Below, one piece after another: positions 7,847 through 17,003 of a DNA stretch of 30,946 bases. The position numbers and the translations under genes are program-made. Positions within the stretch are counted from its first letter, which is position 1, and every line of letters starts with the position of its first letter. A model generated the notes under the pieces. It was not told where the DNA came from, searched no databases, and worked only from the letters and a program-made list of their open reading frames with translations. The DNA is from Nitrolancea sp. (lineage in GTDB: Bacteria; Chloroflexota; Chloroflexia; Thermomicrobiales; Thermomicrobiaceae), in contig DASVDN010000019.1 of the NCBI GenBank assembly GCA_036381095.1, forward strand, positions 1 to 30,946. Reading direction: 5' to 3'.

Positions 7847-7980
7847 CCCCGCCCGATCCCGTTGGATCGCCCATAACCGAACTACGGCAACGCCGGTTCC
7901 TAGAAAGCGTCTCGGTGCGACGTGATCGTCGCGTTTGCGTGCTGTCGTTACGACGTCTTGACGTCTGGAGGGGAGATACG

Positions 7981-9792
7981 ATGAGTCTCGACCTGCCTCG
8001 CGGTTGGATCTCCGCGACCCTGGACCGGCGCACATTGTTGCGCCGCACGATCGTAGGCGCCGGGCTCACCGCCGTCTCCGGCTCGCTCCTGGCCGCCTGT
8101 GGCGGCGGTTCGTCCGATAAGACGCCCGAAGCCGCTGCCAGCTCGGCCGCGGCCACCACCAGCAGCGCCGCCAGCACGAGCACAGCCGCCAGTACGAGCA
8201 CGGCGGCGAGTGGCGGGTCGAGCGCCGCGACCCCATCGTCCAGCGTTGCGGTAACACCGGCCGCCTCGGCAGCCAGCAGCGGCAAGACGCCGAAAAAGGG
8301 CGGCGTGCTGAAGATCCCGGTCAACACGAACGTCACGCCCTGGCCGCCGATCGGTCAGATTCAGAATCTGCTGGTCAACAAGTCGCTTTTCAACGGGCTG
8401 GTGCGCTTTAGCGCTGAGGACTGGTCACCGCAGCCCGATCTCGCCGAGAAATGGGAGATCTCCAGCGACAAGCTGACCTGGACGTTCACGCTGCGCCAGG
8501 GCGTCAAGTGGCACGACGGCAAACCGTTCACCGCCGACGACGTCGTCTGGTCGCTCAAGATGTACGCCGATCCAAACGTCAACAGCATCCTGCTCGGCAA
8601 TCTCAAGCCGCTGACCGCGATCGAGGCCGCCGACCAATATACCGTCAAGCTGACGAGCAAAGAGCCGTATTCGTCACTGCCCGAACTGCTCTGCTACCTC
8701 ACCTTCATGCTGCCCAAGCACCTACTTGAGAATGAGAAGTTCGATCGCAGCAACTTCCCGCAGGCGTTCATCCAGAAGCCGGTCGGTACCGGCCCGTTCA
8801 AGTTCGGCGAACACCAGCCGGGCGACCACTTCACCGTCCTCGCCAACGAGGACTACTACGAGGGACGCCCGTACGTCGATCAGGTGATCTACCGCATCGT
8901 CAAGGATCAGAACTCGACGATTTCGCAGGTGAAGACCGGCGAGCTCGATGTCGCATGGCCGACGGTGGCGCAACTCGCTGGACTCGAAGGCAGCTCAAAC
9001 ATCCGTATCGCCGAGCAGGGGTTGATGGACTACCGTTTCTTCTCCGGATATCAGAAGAATCCAAAGTTCGGCCCCTGGTTTAGCGACAAGCGCGTGCGCG
9101 TCGCGATGGCATATGCAATCGACGCGAATGGCATCATCCAGCAGGTGACCAAAGGGAAGGGCAAGCGGAGCAACGGGCCGATCCCGCCGGCGCTCAAGAA
9201 CTGGTATTTCCCGGATCTCCCGACCTACGACTATAACCCGGATACCGCTCAGAAGCAGCTGATGGAGTTCGGCTTCAAAAAAGGCTCCGACGGTGTGCTC
9301 GAAAAAGATGGCCAGAAGTTCAGCTTCATCATGTATTCTGATACCGGCCAGCCGGAGCGCGAGCAGACCGCGTTGATCCTGCAACAAAACTTCAAGGATA
9401 TCGGCATCGACGCCAAGTATCAGGGAATCGAATTCGCCCAGCTACAGAAGGCATACCGCGTCGATCACGACTTTGAAGCGATGGCCTACTACTACGTCAC
9501 ACCGGCCACGCCCGACCTGCATTCCTACTGGCAGACCGGCGGCTCGACGAATGAGTGGGCCTATTCGAACACCGAGGTCGACAAGCTCTTCCTCGATGGC
9601 CTGGCCGAGTTCGATCCCGACAAGCGCAAGGCGATCTACAAGCAGCTCTACACGATCCTCGCCGAGGAGCAGGCGGTGAATTACATCTATCACCCCACCG
9701 AACTCCAGGCGATCTCGACGAAGCTGCAAGACTGGCCGGATACCGACTACCGCGATGCGATGCTCTACCTGAACAAGGTCTGGATCGAGTAA
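7981..9792 (+). CDS. ABC module 1 solute-binding protein (family 5, Opp/Dpp/App type), Tat lipoprotein
   Basis: DRRTLL twin-Arg, LLAAC lipobox, Ala/Ser/Thr linker, PDLAEKWEIS..TWTFTLRQGVKWHDGKPFTADDV, PVGTGPF. RBS GGAGGGG before ATG 7981; the ORF-track extension to 7837 looks spurious. Confidence 0.92.
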   Translation: MSLDLPRGWISATLDRRTLLRRTIVGAGLTAVSGSLLAACGGGSSDKTPEAAASSAAATTSSAASTSTAASTSTAASGGSSAATPSSSVAVTPAASAASSGKTPKKGGVLKIPVNTNVTPWPPIGQIQNLLVNKSLFNGLVRFSAEDWSPQPDLAEKWEISSDKLTWTFTLRQGVKWHDGKPFTADDVVWSLKMYADPNVNSILLGNLKPLTAIEAADQYTVKLTSKEPYSSLPELLCYLTFMLPKHLLENEKFDRSNFPQAFIQKPVGTGPFKFGEHQPGDHFTVLANEDYYEGRPYVDQVIYRIVKDQNSTISQVKTGELDVAWPTVAQLAGLEGSSNIRIAEQGLMDYRFFSGYQKNPKFGPWFSDKRVRVAMAYAIDANGIIQQVTKGKGKRSNGPIPPALKNWYFPDLPTYDYNPDTAQKQLMEFGFKKGSDGVLEKDGQKFSFIMYSDTGQPEREQTALILQQNFKDIGIDAKYQGIEFAQLQKAYRVDHDFEAMAYYYVTPATPDLHSYWQTGGSTNEWAYSNTEVDKLFLDGLAEFDPDKRKAIYKQLYTILAEEQAVNYIYHPTELQAISTKLQDWPDTDYRDAMLYLNKVWIE

Positions 9793-9816
9793 GCCCACGG
9801 AAGATGGGGCAACGTC

Positions 9817-10770
9817 ATGGGACAGTACGTCGTTGGCCGGCTCGCACAATCGGTGGTGTTGCTCATATTCGTGAGCATCCTGACGTTCGGGTTGATCCAT
9901 GTGGCGCCCGGTGGGCCGGCGGTTCTGCTGGCCCCTGGGATGTCCGGCGCACAGATCGCCGAGGCCCAGCAGAGTCTCGGTCTGAATGACCCGATCCCGG
10001 TGCAGTATGTGCGCTGGCTCGGTCATCTCGTGCACGGTGATCTTGGCAGGTCGTACAGCCAGGGGTTGGACGTCACGACGTTGATTACGAAACGTCTGTC
10101 CGTGACGCTGCAACTCCTCTTCACGGCGCTGGTGCTTTCGGCCATCTTCGGTATCCTGATCGGCGTCGTGTCGGCCATGCACCGCAATTCGCTGATCGAT
10201 CATCTGGCCACGGGCTTCTCGTTCTTCGGCATGTCGGTGCCGACCTTCTGGCTCGGGCTGATGCTGATCATTCTCTTCTCGATCAAGCTCCACCTGCTCC
10301 CCTCTTCCGGAGCACAGACGCTCGGCCAACCGGCCACCGCGACTGACCGGCTGGAGCATCTGCTGATGCCGGCCGTCGTGCTGGCGGTCGCCAACCTGGC
10401 GCAGATCGCGCGCTACACCCGATCAAGCATGATCGAGGTGCTCCAGGCTGATTACCTGCGGACGGCTCGCGCCAAGGGTTTGCGCGAGCAGAGTGTTGTC
10501 TGGCGCCACGCGCTGCGCAACGCCATGATCCCGGTCATCACCGTCATCGCGCTCGGCATCCCGCGCATGGTCGGCGGCGCCGCCATCACCGAAAGCGTCT
10601 TCGCCTGGCCTGGCATGGGCCAACTGGCAGTCGATTCGGCGCTGCAACGCGACTACCCAACGATCATGGGGATCACGATGATGGTCTCGGTCGTCGTGAT
10701 TCTGACGAATTTCCTGACCGATCTCAGCTACCTGTTGATCGACCCGCGCGTCAAGCTCAACCGAGGGTAG
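9817..10770 (+). CDS. ABC module 1 permease (DppB/OppB family)
   Basis: GLNDPIPVQYVRWL..GDLG, PTFWLG, EAA loop DYLRTARAKGL, DPRVK. Confidence 0.93.
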   Translation: MGQYVVGRLAQSVVLLIFVSILTFGLIHVAPGGPAVLLAPGMSGAQIAEAQQSLGLNDPIPVQYVRWLGHLVHGDLGRSYSQGLDVTTLITKRLSVTLQLLFTALVLSAIFGILIGVVSAMHRNSLIDHLATGFSFFGMSVPTFWLGLMLIILFSIKLHLLPSSGAQTLGQPATATDRLEHLLMPAVVLAVANLAQIARYTRSSMIEVLQADYLRTARAKGLREQSVVWRHALRNAMIPVITVIALGIPRMVGGAAITESVFAWPGMGQLAVDSALQRDYPTIMGITMMVSVVVILTNFLTDLSYLLIDPRVKLNRG

Positions 10771-10776
10771 GGAAGC

Positions 10777-11676
10777 GTGTCGACAACCGGATTGGCCGAG
10801 CGAGAAAAGGAAACGAGCGGCGCGGCGCTCACCGGCGAGCGAGCGAAGCGTCCCAGTGTCCTGCAACGCTTCGCCGAGAACCGCTTCGCGCTCGTCTCGG
10901 CAATCTTCCTGATCGTCGTGATGGTGGCGGCGATTTCGGCGCCGGTCATCGCGCCGTATGATCCGACCCGCATCACGATCGGCACCGAACTTCAGGGGCC
11001 GTCGCTCAAGCACTTGCTCGGCACCGATCCGAATGGACGCGACGTCTTCACGCGCATTCTCTACGGCGCTCGCATCTCGCTCTCAATCGGCGTTATCGCC
11101 ATGCTTATCTCGGTCTTTGTCGGCACGACGCTCGGCGCGGTCTCCGGCTACTTCAGCGGTTGGGTCGATTCGCTGGCCATGCGGCTAACCGACGCCATGC
11201 TCGCCATCCCGGTCTTCTTCCTGCTGCTGGCGGTGCTGGCCTCGCTCGGGCCGACCGTTCCGACGATCGTCATCGCCATCGGTCTGACAAGCTGGATGAC
11301 GACGGCGCGTGTGGTGCGCAGCGAGGTGCTGCGCGCCGTCAATCTCGATTACGTACTCGCTGCCGAACTGCTCGGGGCCAGTCGCGGCCGGGTGATCGTG
11401 CGACACCTGCTGCCACAGGCGCTCCCCTCGATGCTGGTCGCCTCGACGCTCGGCGTCGCCCAGGCGATCCTCATCGCTTCCGCCCTCAGCTACCTCGGCG
11501 TCGGCGTGCAGCCACCGACCGCATCCTGGGGCAACATGTTGAGCGACGCCCAGAGCTACATCTTCTCTGAGCCAATGCTCGCCATCTGGCCCGGTCTCAT
11601 GATCCTCTTTACCGTGCTCGCCTTCAACTTCATCGGCGACGCCCTGCGCGATGCCTTGAGCCCGTATCAGAACTGA
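10777..11676 (+). CDS. ABC module 1 permease (DppC/OppC family)
   Basis: HLLGTDPNGRDVFTRILYGARISL, LSYLGVGVQPPTASWG, GDALRDAL. Confidence 0.93.
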   Translation: MSTTGLAEREKETSGAALTGERAKRPSVLQRFAENRFALVSAIFLIVVMVAAISAPVIAPYDPTRITIGTELQGPSLKHLLGTDPNGRDVFTRILYGARISLSIGVIAMLISVFVGTTLGAVSGYFSGWVDSLAMRLTDAMLAIPVFFLLLAVLASLGPTVPTIVIAIGLTSWMTTARVVRSEVLRAVNLDYVLAAELLGASRGRVIVRHLLPQALPSMLVASTLGVAQAILIASALSYLGVGVQPPTASWGNMLSDAQSYIFSEPMLAIWPGLMILFTVLAFNFIGDALRDALSPYQN

Positions 11677-11687
11677 GGGGAACGTGG

Positions 11688-11876
11688 GTGTTCCTGCAAC
11701 ATGGGCGATCGGTGCACCGGGCGCCATGAATGCCGCCCCTACGAAACAATTGCCAATGTAGGGGCGGCATTCATGGAGTCCTCGCTGCCCATCGAACAAC
11801 TGGCAGGAACACACCGTACGACGCGTCAAGGCACCCCTCTCCCGCGGCGCGCGGGAGAGGGGCCGGGAGTGCGGGT
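11688..11876. repeat. Composite REPIN/MITE-like element, long copy
   Basis: Perfect 19-bp inverted repeat CCATGAATGCCGCCCCTAC (11724-11742) / GTAGGGGCGGCATTCATGG (11758-11776), nested inside outer arms GTGTTCCTGC (11688-11697) / GCAGGAACAC (11803-11812), then a perfect 13-bp hairpin CCCCTCTCCCGCG/CGCGGGAGAGGGG (11834-11862). Lies between convergent permease genes. Confidence 0.85.
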
Positions 11877-11879
11877 TGC

Positions 11880-12788
11880 TTAGCGCTGCCGCGGATCCAG
11901 CGCGTCACGCAAGCCGTCGCCGAGGAGGTTGACGGCGAGCACCGTGATCAGAATGAGCAGGCCGGGGAAGATAGCGAGGAAGGGCGCGCTGATGACGTAG
12001 TTCTGCGCGTTCGTCAGCAGATTGCCCCAACTCGGCGTCGGCGGCTGGATGCCGAGTCCAAGGAAGCTGATGGCGGCTTCCGACGTGAGGTGAATCGCCA
12101 CGATCAGCGTACCGGTCACGATGATCGGCGCCATCGCGTTCGGTAGGATATGCCGCCAGACGATGCGCCAGTGGCTGCAACCGGAGGCGCGCGCCGCCTC
12201 GATGTAGTCGCGGCCACGGAGTGAGATGAACTCGCCGCGGACAATGCGCGCCAGCACTGGCCAGTCGAACAGTCCGAGAATGAGCAGAATGCTCGTGGCC
12301 GACGGGCGCGCCACGGCCGCCGCCAGGATCAGCAAGAGTAGGAAGGGGATCGTTAGGATCAGCTCGATCAGTCGATCGATAACCACGTCGGGCCAGCCAC
12401 CGAGATAGCCGGCCGTCATGCCGAGGACCGTTCCGATGATGGTCGAGATCACCGCCGATGAGAACGCGATCCAGAGCGAGAGCCGCCCGCCGTAGACCGC
12501 ACGGGCGAACGCGTCGCGACCGTATTCGTCGCGGCCGAACGGATGACTGAACGACGGCGACGCGAAGGTTTCGCCGCGCGCCTGCTCCAGCACGCGATCG
12601 TGCGGCAGCCAGAGCGGCGCGGAAAACGAGACGATCGCCAGCGACGCCAGTACGACAAGCGCCACGATCGCCAGCGGGTTGCGGATGAAGCGTCGCCAGA
12701 TCGACGTCGGCTTGTGCTGGCGCACGCCGAACAACGGGAGCGATCCACTCGCGGCGACATCAAGATCCGGAGTCAGTGTTTTTTCCAT
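11880..12788 (-). CDS. ABC module 2 permease (DppC/OppC family)
   Basis: HPFGRDEYGRDAFARAVYGGRLSL, ISFLGLGIQPPTPSWG, GDGLRDALDPR. Confidence 0.93.
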   Translation of the reverse strand: MEKTLTPDLDVAASGSLPLFGVRQHKPTSIWRRFIRNPLAIVALVVLASLAIVSFSAPLWLPHDRVLEQARGETFASPSFSHPFGRDEYGRDAFARAVYGGRLSLWIAFSSAVISTIIGTVLGMTAGYLGGWPDVVIDRLIELILTIPFLLLLILAAAVARPSATSILLILGLFDWPVLARIVRGEFISLRGRDYIEAARASGCSHWRIVWRHILPNAMAPIIVTGTLIVAIHLTSEAAISFLGLGIQPPTPSWGNLLTNAQNYVISAPFLAIFPGLLILITVLAVNLLGDGLRDALDPRQR

Positions 12789-12819
12789 AACCAGTCTCTT
12801 CTATGCACGTGACGCTCGC

Positions 12820-13767
12820 TCACAGCTGTATCCGTGGATCAACGAAGCGATAGCAGATGTCGGCGAGTAGATTGCCGATCACGATGGCGACCGCCGAGAT
12901 CATGACCATCGTCATAACCACCGGCGTATCTCGCTTGCTGGCTGACGTGACGATCAACTGCCCGAGGCCGTTCCACGCGAAGATCTGCTCGGTGATGATG
13001 GCACCGCCCACCAACGCCGGCAGGCTGAGCCCGAGCAGCGTGATGATCGGCATCAGCGCGTTGCGAAAGGCGTGTCGGAAGAGAACGCGCCGGTCCGGTA
13101 GTCCCTTCGCGTGCGCCGTACGCACGTAGTCCTGGCGCAGCACTTCGAGCATCGACGAGCGCATATATCGCGACCAGCCGGCCGTCTGCACGATCGTTAG
13201 CACCGTGACCGGCATCACCAGATGCTTGAGATGATCAACGAGATTGAACGGCTCGCCGATCGTCTGCGTACCGCTCGTCGGGAACCAGTGGAGCTTGACC
13301 GAAAAGAGCAGGATCATCATGATTGCCAACCAGAAGGATGGGATGGCGATCCCGATGAAACTGACAACGGTCACCGTGTGATCGGCAAGCGAATACTGGC
13401 GCACCGCCGAAATAATCCCGATCGGGATTGCAAGGAGGAGCGAGAAGAGCGTGGAGAGGCCGAGCAGCTCGACGGTGCGTGGTAGCCGTTCGAGGATAAT
13501 CGTGCTGACCGGACGCCGCTGGATGATCGACGTGCCGAGGTTGCCACGCCCCCAGTTGCCGACGATGCGGAGATACTGGCGATACCACGGAAGGTCGAGC
13601 CCGAGGTAATGCCGGTACTGCTGCACCTGTTGTTCGTTCGCACGCTCGCTGATGGCGAACTGCGAGGCGTCGCCCGGCGCCAGATAGATCATGAGGAAGA
13701 CGACGATTGAGATCCCGATCAGCAGCGGGATCGCCTGCAAGAGCCGCCTGACAATGAATCGTCCCAT
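12820..13767 (-). CDS. ABC module 2 permease (DppB/OppB family)
   Basis: APGD, GLDLPWYRQY, PSFWLA, DYVRTAHAKGL, DPRI. Confidence 0.93.
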   Translation of the reverse strand: MGRFIVRRLLQAIPLLIGISIVVFLMIYLAPGDASQFAISERANEQQVQQYRHYLGLDLPWYRQYLRIVGNWGRGNLGTSIIQRRPVSTIILERLPRTVELLGLSTLFSLLLAIPIGIISAVRQYSLADHTVTVVSFIGIAIPSFWLAIMMILLFSVKLHWFPTSGTQTIGEPFNLVDHLKHLVMPVTVLTIVQTAGWSRYMRSSMLEVLRQDYVRTAHAKGLPDRRVLFRHAFRNALMPIITLLGLSLPALVGGAIITEQIFAWNGLGQLIVTSASKRDTPVVMTMVMISAVAIVIGNLLADICYRFVDPRIQL

Positions 13768-13783
13768 TGTTCACCCTCGCCAG

Positions 13784-13814
13784 GCGCCAGAGCGTCAGAT
13801 CGACGCCCTGGCGC
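13784..13814. other. Intercistronic stem-loop after the module 2 binding-protein gene
   Basis: GCGCCAG-a-GCGTC-agatc-GACGC-c-CTGGCGC; no U tract. Confidence 0.6.
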
Positions 13815-13845
13815 TGCACGATTCCAATCCGCGTTGCGCAGCAGA

Positions 13846-15777
13846 CTAGGTGGTGCGCCAGAGCTTCCAGGTATCCCAGTACTGCCACATGGCGTTCGGT
13901 TGGTAGCCCTGCAAGTTCGACTTGACCAGGATCAGATCGCGAGGGAAGCCGAACCAGAAGGCTGGCATGTCGTCGGCAATGATCTTCTGGAAAGTCCAGA
14001 GGTCATCTTTCTGCTTCTTGAGATCGGGCTGGCGAATGATCAGGTCGAGCGCTTTGTCGGCATCCGGATTCGACCATGCGCCGAAATTGCGCCCCTGGGG
14101 ATTGGTGCGCGGATCCCAGGTGCTGTAGTAGTAGGTGTAGTCGCTGAACCCGGCGAAGAGGATGCGGCTGTAGAAATAGAGATCCCAATCGAATGTCTTC
14201 TGCCAGCGATCCTTCAGCGCGGCTGCTTCGAGCGTGTCGATCTGCATCTGAATGCCAAGCTTGCGGAAGTCCTCCTGCACCGAAACGGCAATGCGATCGA
14301 CCGGATACTGGTTGCCGTTGGAGACGATCGCATTGAGCGTGATCGGCTTACCGTCCTTGCCCATGAGATTGCCGTCACTGCCTGCCTTGTATCCGGCAGC
14401 TTCCAGCATCTGCTGCGCCTTGGCCTGATCGTAGTCAGGACTCTTGAGATCGGTGTCATATGCCCAGGGGAAAGCGATCGAACCGATCTTCGTCTCATCG
14501 ACAAACCCCTTGAAGACCGCCTGCGCGTAGCCCTTTCGGTCGATGCCCGTCGAGAGCGCCTGCCGCACTGCCTTGTCGCTGAAGAAATCGGGGTGCGACG
14601 ACTTTGGATTCTTGAAGTTAATCCAGGCGCACATGAAGGCGACGGCATAGGCGCTATAGAGAAGCCCATCCTGGTTCTTGACCTGATCGACATCGGTCGC
14701 GGTGAGCGGCCAGAGGAGATCCGTCTCGTTGTTCAGCCAGGCGGTCAGCCGGTCCTGAGACTGATCGACCTCCTTGAAGATCAAGCGGTTGAAGTGCGGT
14801 TTGCCCTGAAAGTAGTTTTCGTTGCGGCTGTACTGTAGGTTCGGCGGGCTGGCGCCTGGATCGTACTTTTCCTGCTTCCACTGGCCGGTGCCGATGAGCA
14901 TGTTCGTATCGTAGGGAAAACCTTTCAGCGTCTTGGCGCCATTCGCGCCCTTGCCCGAGTCCCAGTACTCGCCGAACTGCTTCTTCTGCAGCATGAACTG
15001 ATTACTGGCGTTCAACACCCAGTCGCCCGAAGTGTCGCTCAACGGGAACTTAACCGTGTGCGGGTCGACCACGACCGGATCATCCTTCATCAGCACGAAG
15101 AAGCGCGCGACACCGCTCTCGGGGTCGTCACGATAGACGACCATCGAGAAGGCGACGTCATCGGCCGTGAAGTCAGTGCCATCCTGCCACTTGATGTCGT
15201 CACGCAGCGTGAAGGTGTACGTCTTGCCGTCGGCGGTGGTTTCCCAGCTCTTGGCCAGCCACGGCTTCGGATCGAGCGTATATTCGTCGATCCAGACGAG
15301 CGGGTCGTAGGAGAATGTATAGGGCGAGTACGAGTTGAGCGCGGCCGGGTTCAGATCGCTCAAGTCCTCGAAGCGGATGAGCGTAATCAGATCACTATCA
15401 ACCGGTGTGCCGCTGTATTTCGGGTAGGGGTCGGTCGTGAGCTTGAGTTTGCCGAGCGTCTGGCCCGCCGCGATCGGGCTCGCTGCCGAACTGGGCGCGG
15501 CGGATGTCGCGGCCGTGGTCGCCGCCTGCGTTCCGACTGCCACCTGCGGAGCGCTGGTCGGCGCCGGGGCCGAGAGATTGACGGTGGGGGTCGGGCTTCC
15601 GGCCGATTTGCCGCCACAGGCGGCAAGCAACGCGGCTGCGCTTGCCACGCCACCGAGGATAAAGGTGCGGCGCCGGAAGCGGGTAGCCCGCAACGCGGCA
15701 CCAAAACCGACACTTTGATTGTTCAGATCCGATCCAACCCTCGACTGCACCAATTCGTCCGGTCGCCTGTCCACCAT
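13846..15777 (-). CDS. ABC module 2 solute-binding protein (family 5), Tat lipoprotein
   Basis: RRRTFI twin-Arg, LLAAC lipobox, Pro/Ala/Thr linker, PWLAKSWET..TYTFTLRDDIKWQDGTDFTADDV, IGTGQW. RBS GGAGG before ATG 15777; the ORF track starts at 15798. Confidence 0.9.
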   Translation of the reverse strand: MVDRRPDELVQSRVGSDLNNQSVGFGAALRATRFRRRTFILGGVASAAALLAACGGKSAGSPTPTVNLSAPAPTSAPQVAVGTQAATTAATSAAPSSAASPIAAGQTLGKLKLTTDPYPKYSGTPVDSDLITLIRFEDLSDLNPAALNSYSPYTFSYDPLVWIDEYTLDPKPWLAKSWETTADGKTYTFTLRDDIKWQDGTDFTADDVAFSMVVYRDDPESGVARFFVLMKDDPVVVDPHTVKFPLSDTSGDWVLNASNQFMLQKKQFGEYWDSGKGANGAKTLKGFPYDTNMLIGTGQWKQEKYDPGASPPNLQYSRNENYFQGKPHFNRLIFKEVDQSQDRLTAWLNNETDLLWPLTATDVDQVKNQDGLLYSAYAVAFMCAWINFKNPKSSHPDFFSDKAVRQALSTGIDRKGYAQAVFKGFVDETKIGSIAFPWAYDTDLKSPDYDQAKAQQMLEAAGYKAGSDGNLMGKDGKPITLNAIVSNGNQYPVDRIAVSVQEDFRKLGIQMQIDTLEAAALKDRWQKTFDWDLYFYSRILFAGFSDYTYYYSTWDPRTNPQGRNFGAWSNPDADKALDLIIRQPDLKKQKDDLWTFQKIIADDMPAFWFGFPRDLILVKSNLQGYQPNAMWQYWDTWKLWRTT

Positions 15778-15945
15778 GTTGCCTCCGTTGCACGTCAAGA
15801 CGACTCAGCCTGAAGCGATAATGCGCCTCAAGGAGCATGGACCCTGCTGAATACCCCTCCTCTTGCCGATTCGGCCAATTCGTGAACCTAAATCACGCTC
15901 GAATACCGAGTCGGGACCGCTGATTGTTGGAACTGATACCGGATT

Positions 15946-15974
15946 AGAGTACTGTCCAAACGACTCGCTGTCAA
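15946..15974 (-). promoter_or_regulatory. Putative sigma70-type promoter for ABC module 2
   Basis: Minus-strand TTGACA-N17-TACTCT. Confidence 0.6.
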
Positions 15975-16067
15975 GATGCACAATGACCGCGAAGCGGCAT
16001 TTTGGCGGGTGAAACGGGCAACGATCGACGTATCCCTCGGTCCGTAGGGATGGACGGAAGAAAAAAG

Positions 16068-17003
16068 TCAGTTGCCGCGCGTGCGCGGATCGAGGAAGTC
16101 ACGCAGCCCGTCGCCGACCAGGTTGAAGCCGAGAACGGTGAACGCCAGCGCGAGACCGGGAAAGGTGATGTACCACCAGGCGCTCTGGAAATAGGTGCGC
16201 GCGTCGTTGATCATCGCGCCCCACTCCGGCGAAGGCGGCTGCGCGCCGAGGCCAATGAAGGAAAGACTCGCCGTCGCGAGAATCGCGTAGCCGATGTCGA
16301 GCGTTACCTGCACGATCACCGGCGAGATCGCGTTCGGCATCACATGCCGGAAGAGCAGGCGCCAGTTCGAGCAGCCGCACGAACGCGCGGACTCGATGTA
16401 TTCGCGCGTGCGCACGGTCAGCACCTGGCCGCGAACCAACCGGGCATACCACGGCCAATAAACGGCGGAAAGTGCAATGACGGTGTTGCGCAGGCTTGGG
16501 CCAAGCGAGGCCGAAATCGCGATAGCAAGCACAAGGAACGGGAAGGCCAGGAAGAGATCAGTGAAGCGCATGAGGATGTCGTCGATGAAGCCGCCGAAGA
16601 AGCCGGATATTCCGCCAATCAACACGCCGAGCGTGACCGCGATCGTCAGGACGATCGCCGCGACGCCGAGTGAGATGCGCGCGCCGCTCATGACACGACT
16701 GAGCACGTCGCGCCCGAGACTATCGGTCCCGAACGGATGACTAAGGGACGGGCCTTGCAACTGGTCGTAAATCGCCGGCTTGAGTGGATTGTGCGGCGCG
16801 AGCGTCGGACCGAGCAGGCTGTCGAAGAGGAAGAGCGCGATCAAGAACACGCCCAACACATTGAGCCATTTGCCGCCGAAAAACTGGTGCAGCCCGCGCT
16901 TGAAGCGTTCGCCGCGACTATCCGGCAGCGCGAGTCGCCCGCTGAACAGTTTCTCGCGCGCGGCAATCGGATCGATCGACTCGGTCGTTGAATGTGTCGT
17001 CAT
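16068..17003 (-). CDS. ABC module 3 permease (DppC family, DdpC-like)
   Basis: HPFGTDSLGRDVLSRV, VQVTLDIGYAIL..LSFIGLGAQPPSPEWGAM, WWYITFPG, GDGLRDFLDP. Start overlaps the upstream stop (ATGA). Confidence 0.93.
   Translation of the reverse strand: MTTHSTTESIDPIAAREKLFSGRLALPDSRGERFKRGLHQFFGGKWLNVLGVFLIALFLFDSLLGPTLAPHNPLKPAIYDQLQGPSLSHPFGTDSLGRDVLSRVMSGARISLGVAAIVLTIAVTLGVLIGGISGFFGGFIDDILMRFTDLFLAFPFLVLAIAISASLGPSLRNTVIALSAVYWPWYARLVRGQVLTVRTREYIESARSCGCSNWRLLFRHVMPNAISPVIVQVTLDIGYAILATASLSFIGLGAQPPSPEWGAMINDARTYFQSAWWYITFPGLALAFTVLGFNLVGDGLRDFLDPRTRGN

Noticed and set aside
7837-7980. N-terminal extensions given by the ORF track (7837, 15798, 19969, 22040, 4122, 1384)
   Set aside because: Better RBS-start pairs lie downstream, and the extensions run through promoter, operator or leader DNA.
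8101-8280. Low-complexity tandem repeats in binding-protein genes as CRISPR or VNTR arrays
   Set aside because: They are in-frame codon repeats of Ala/Ser/Thr linkers with no repeat-spacer architecture. No cas genes are present.
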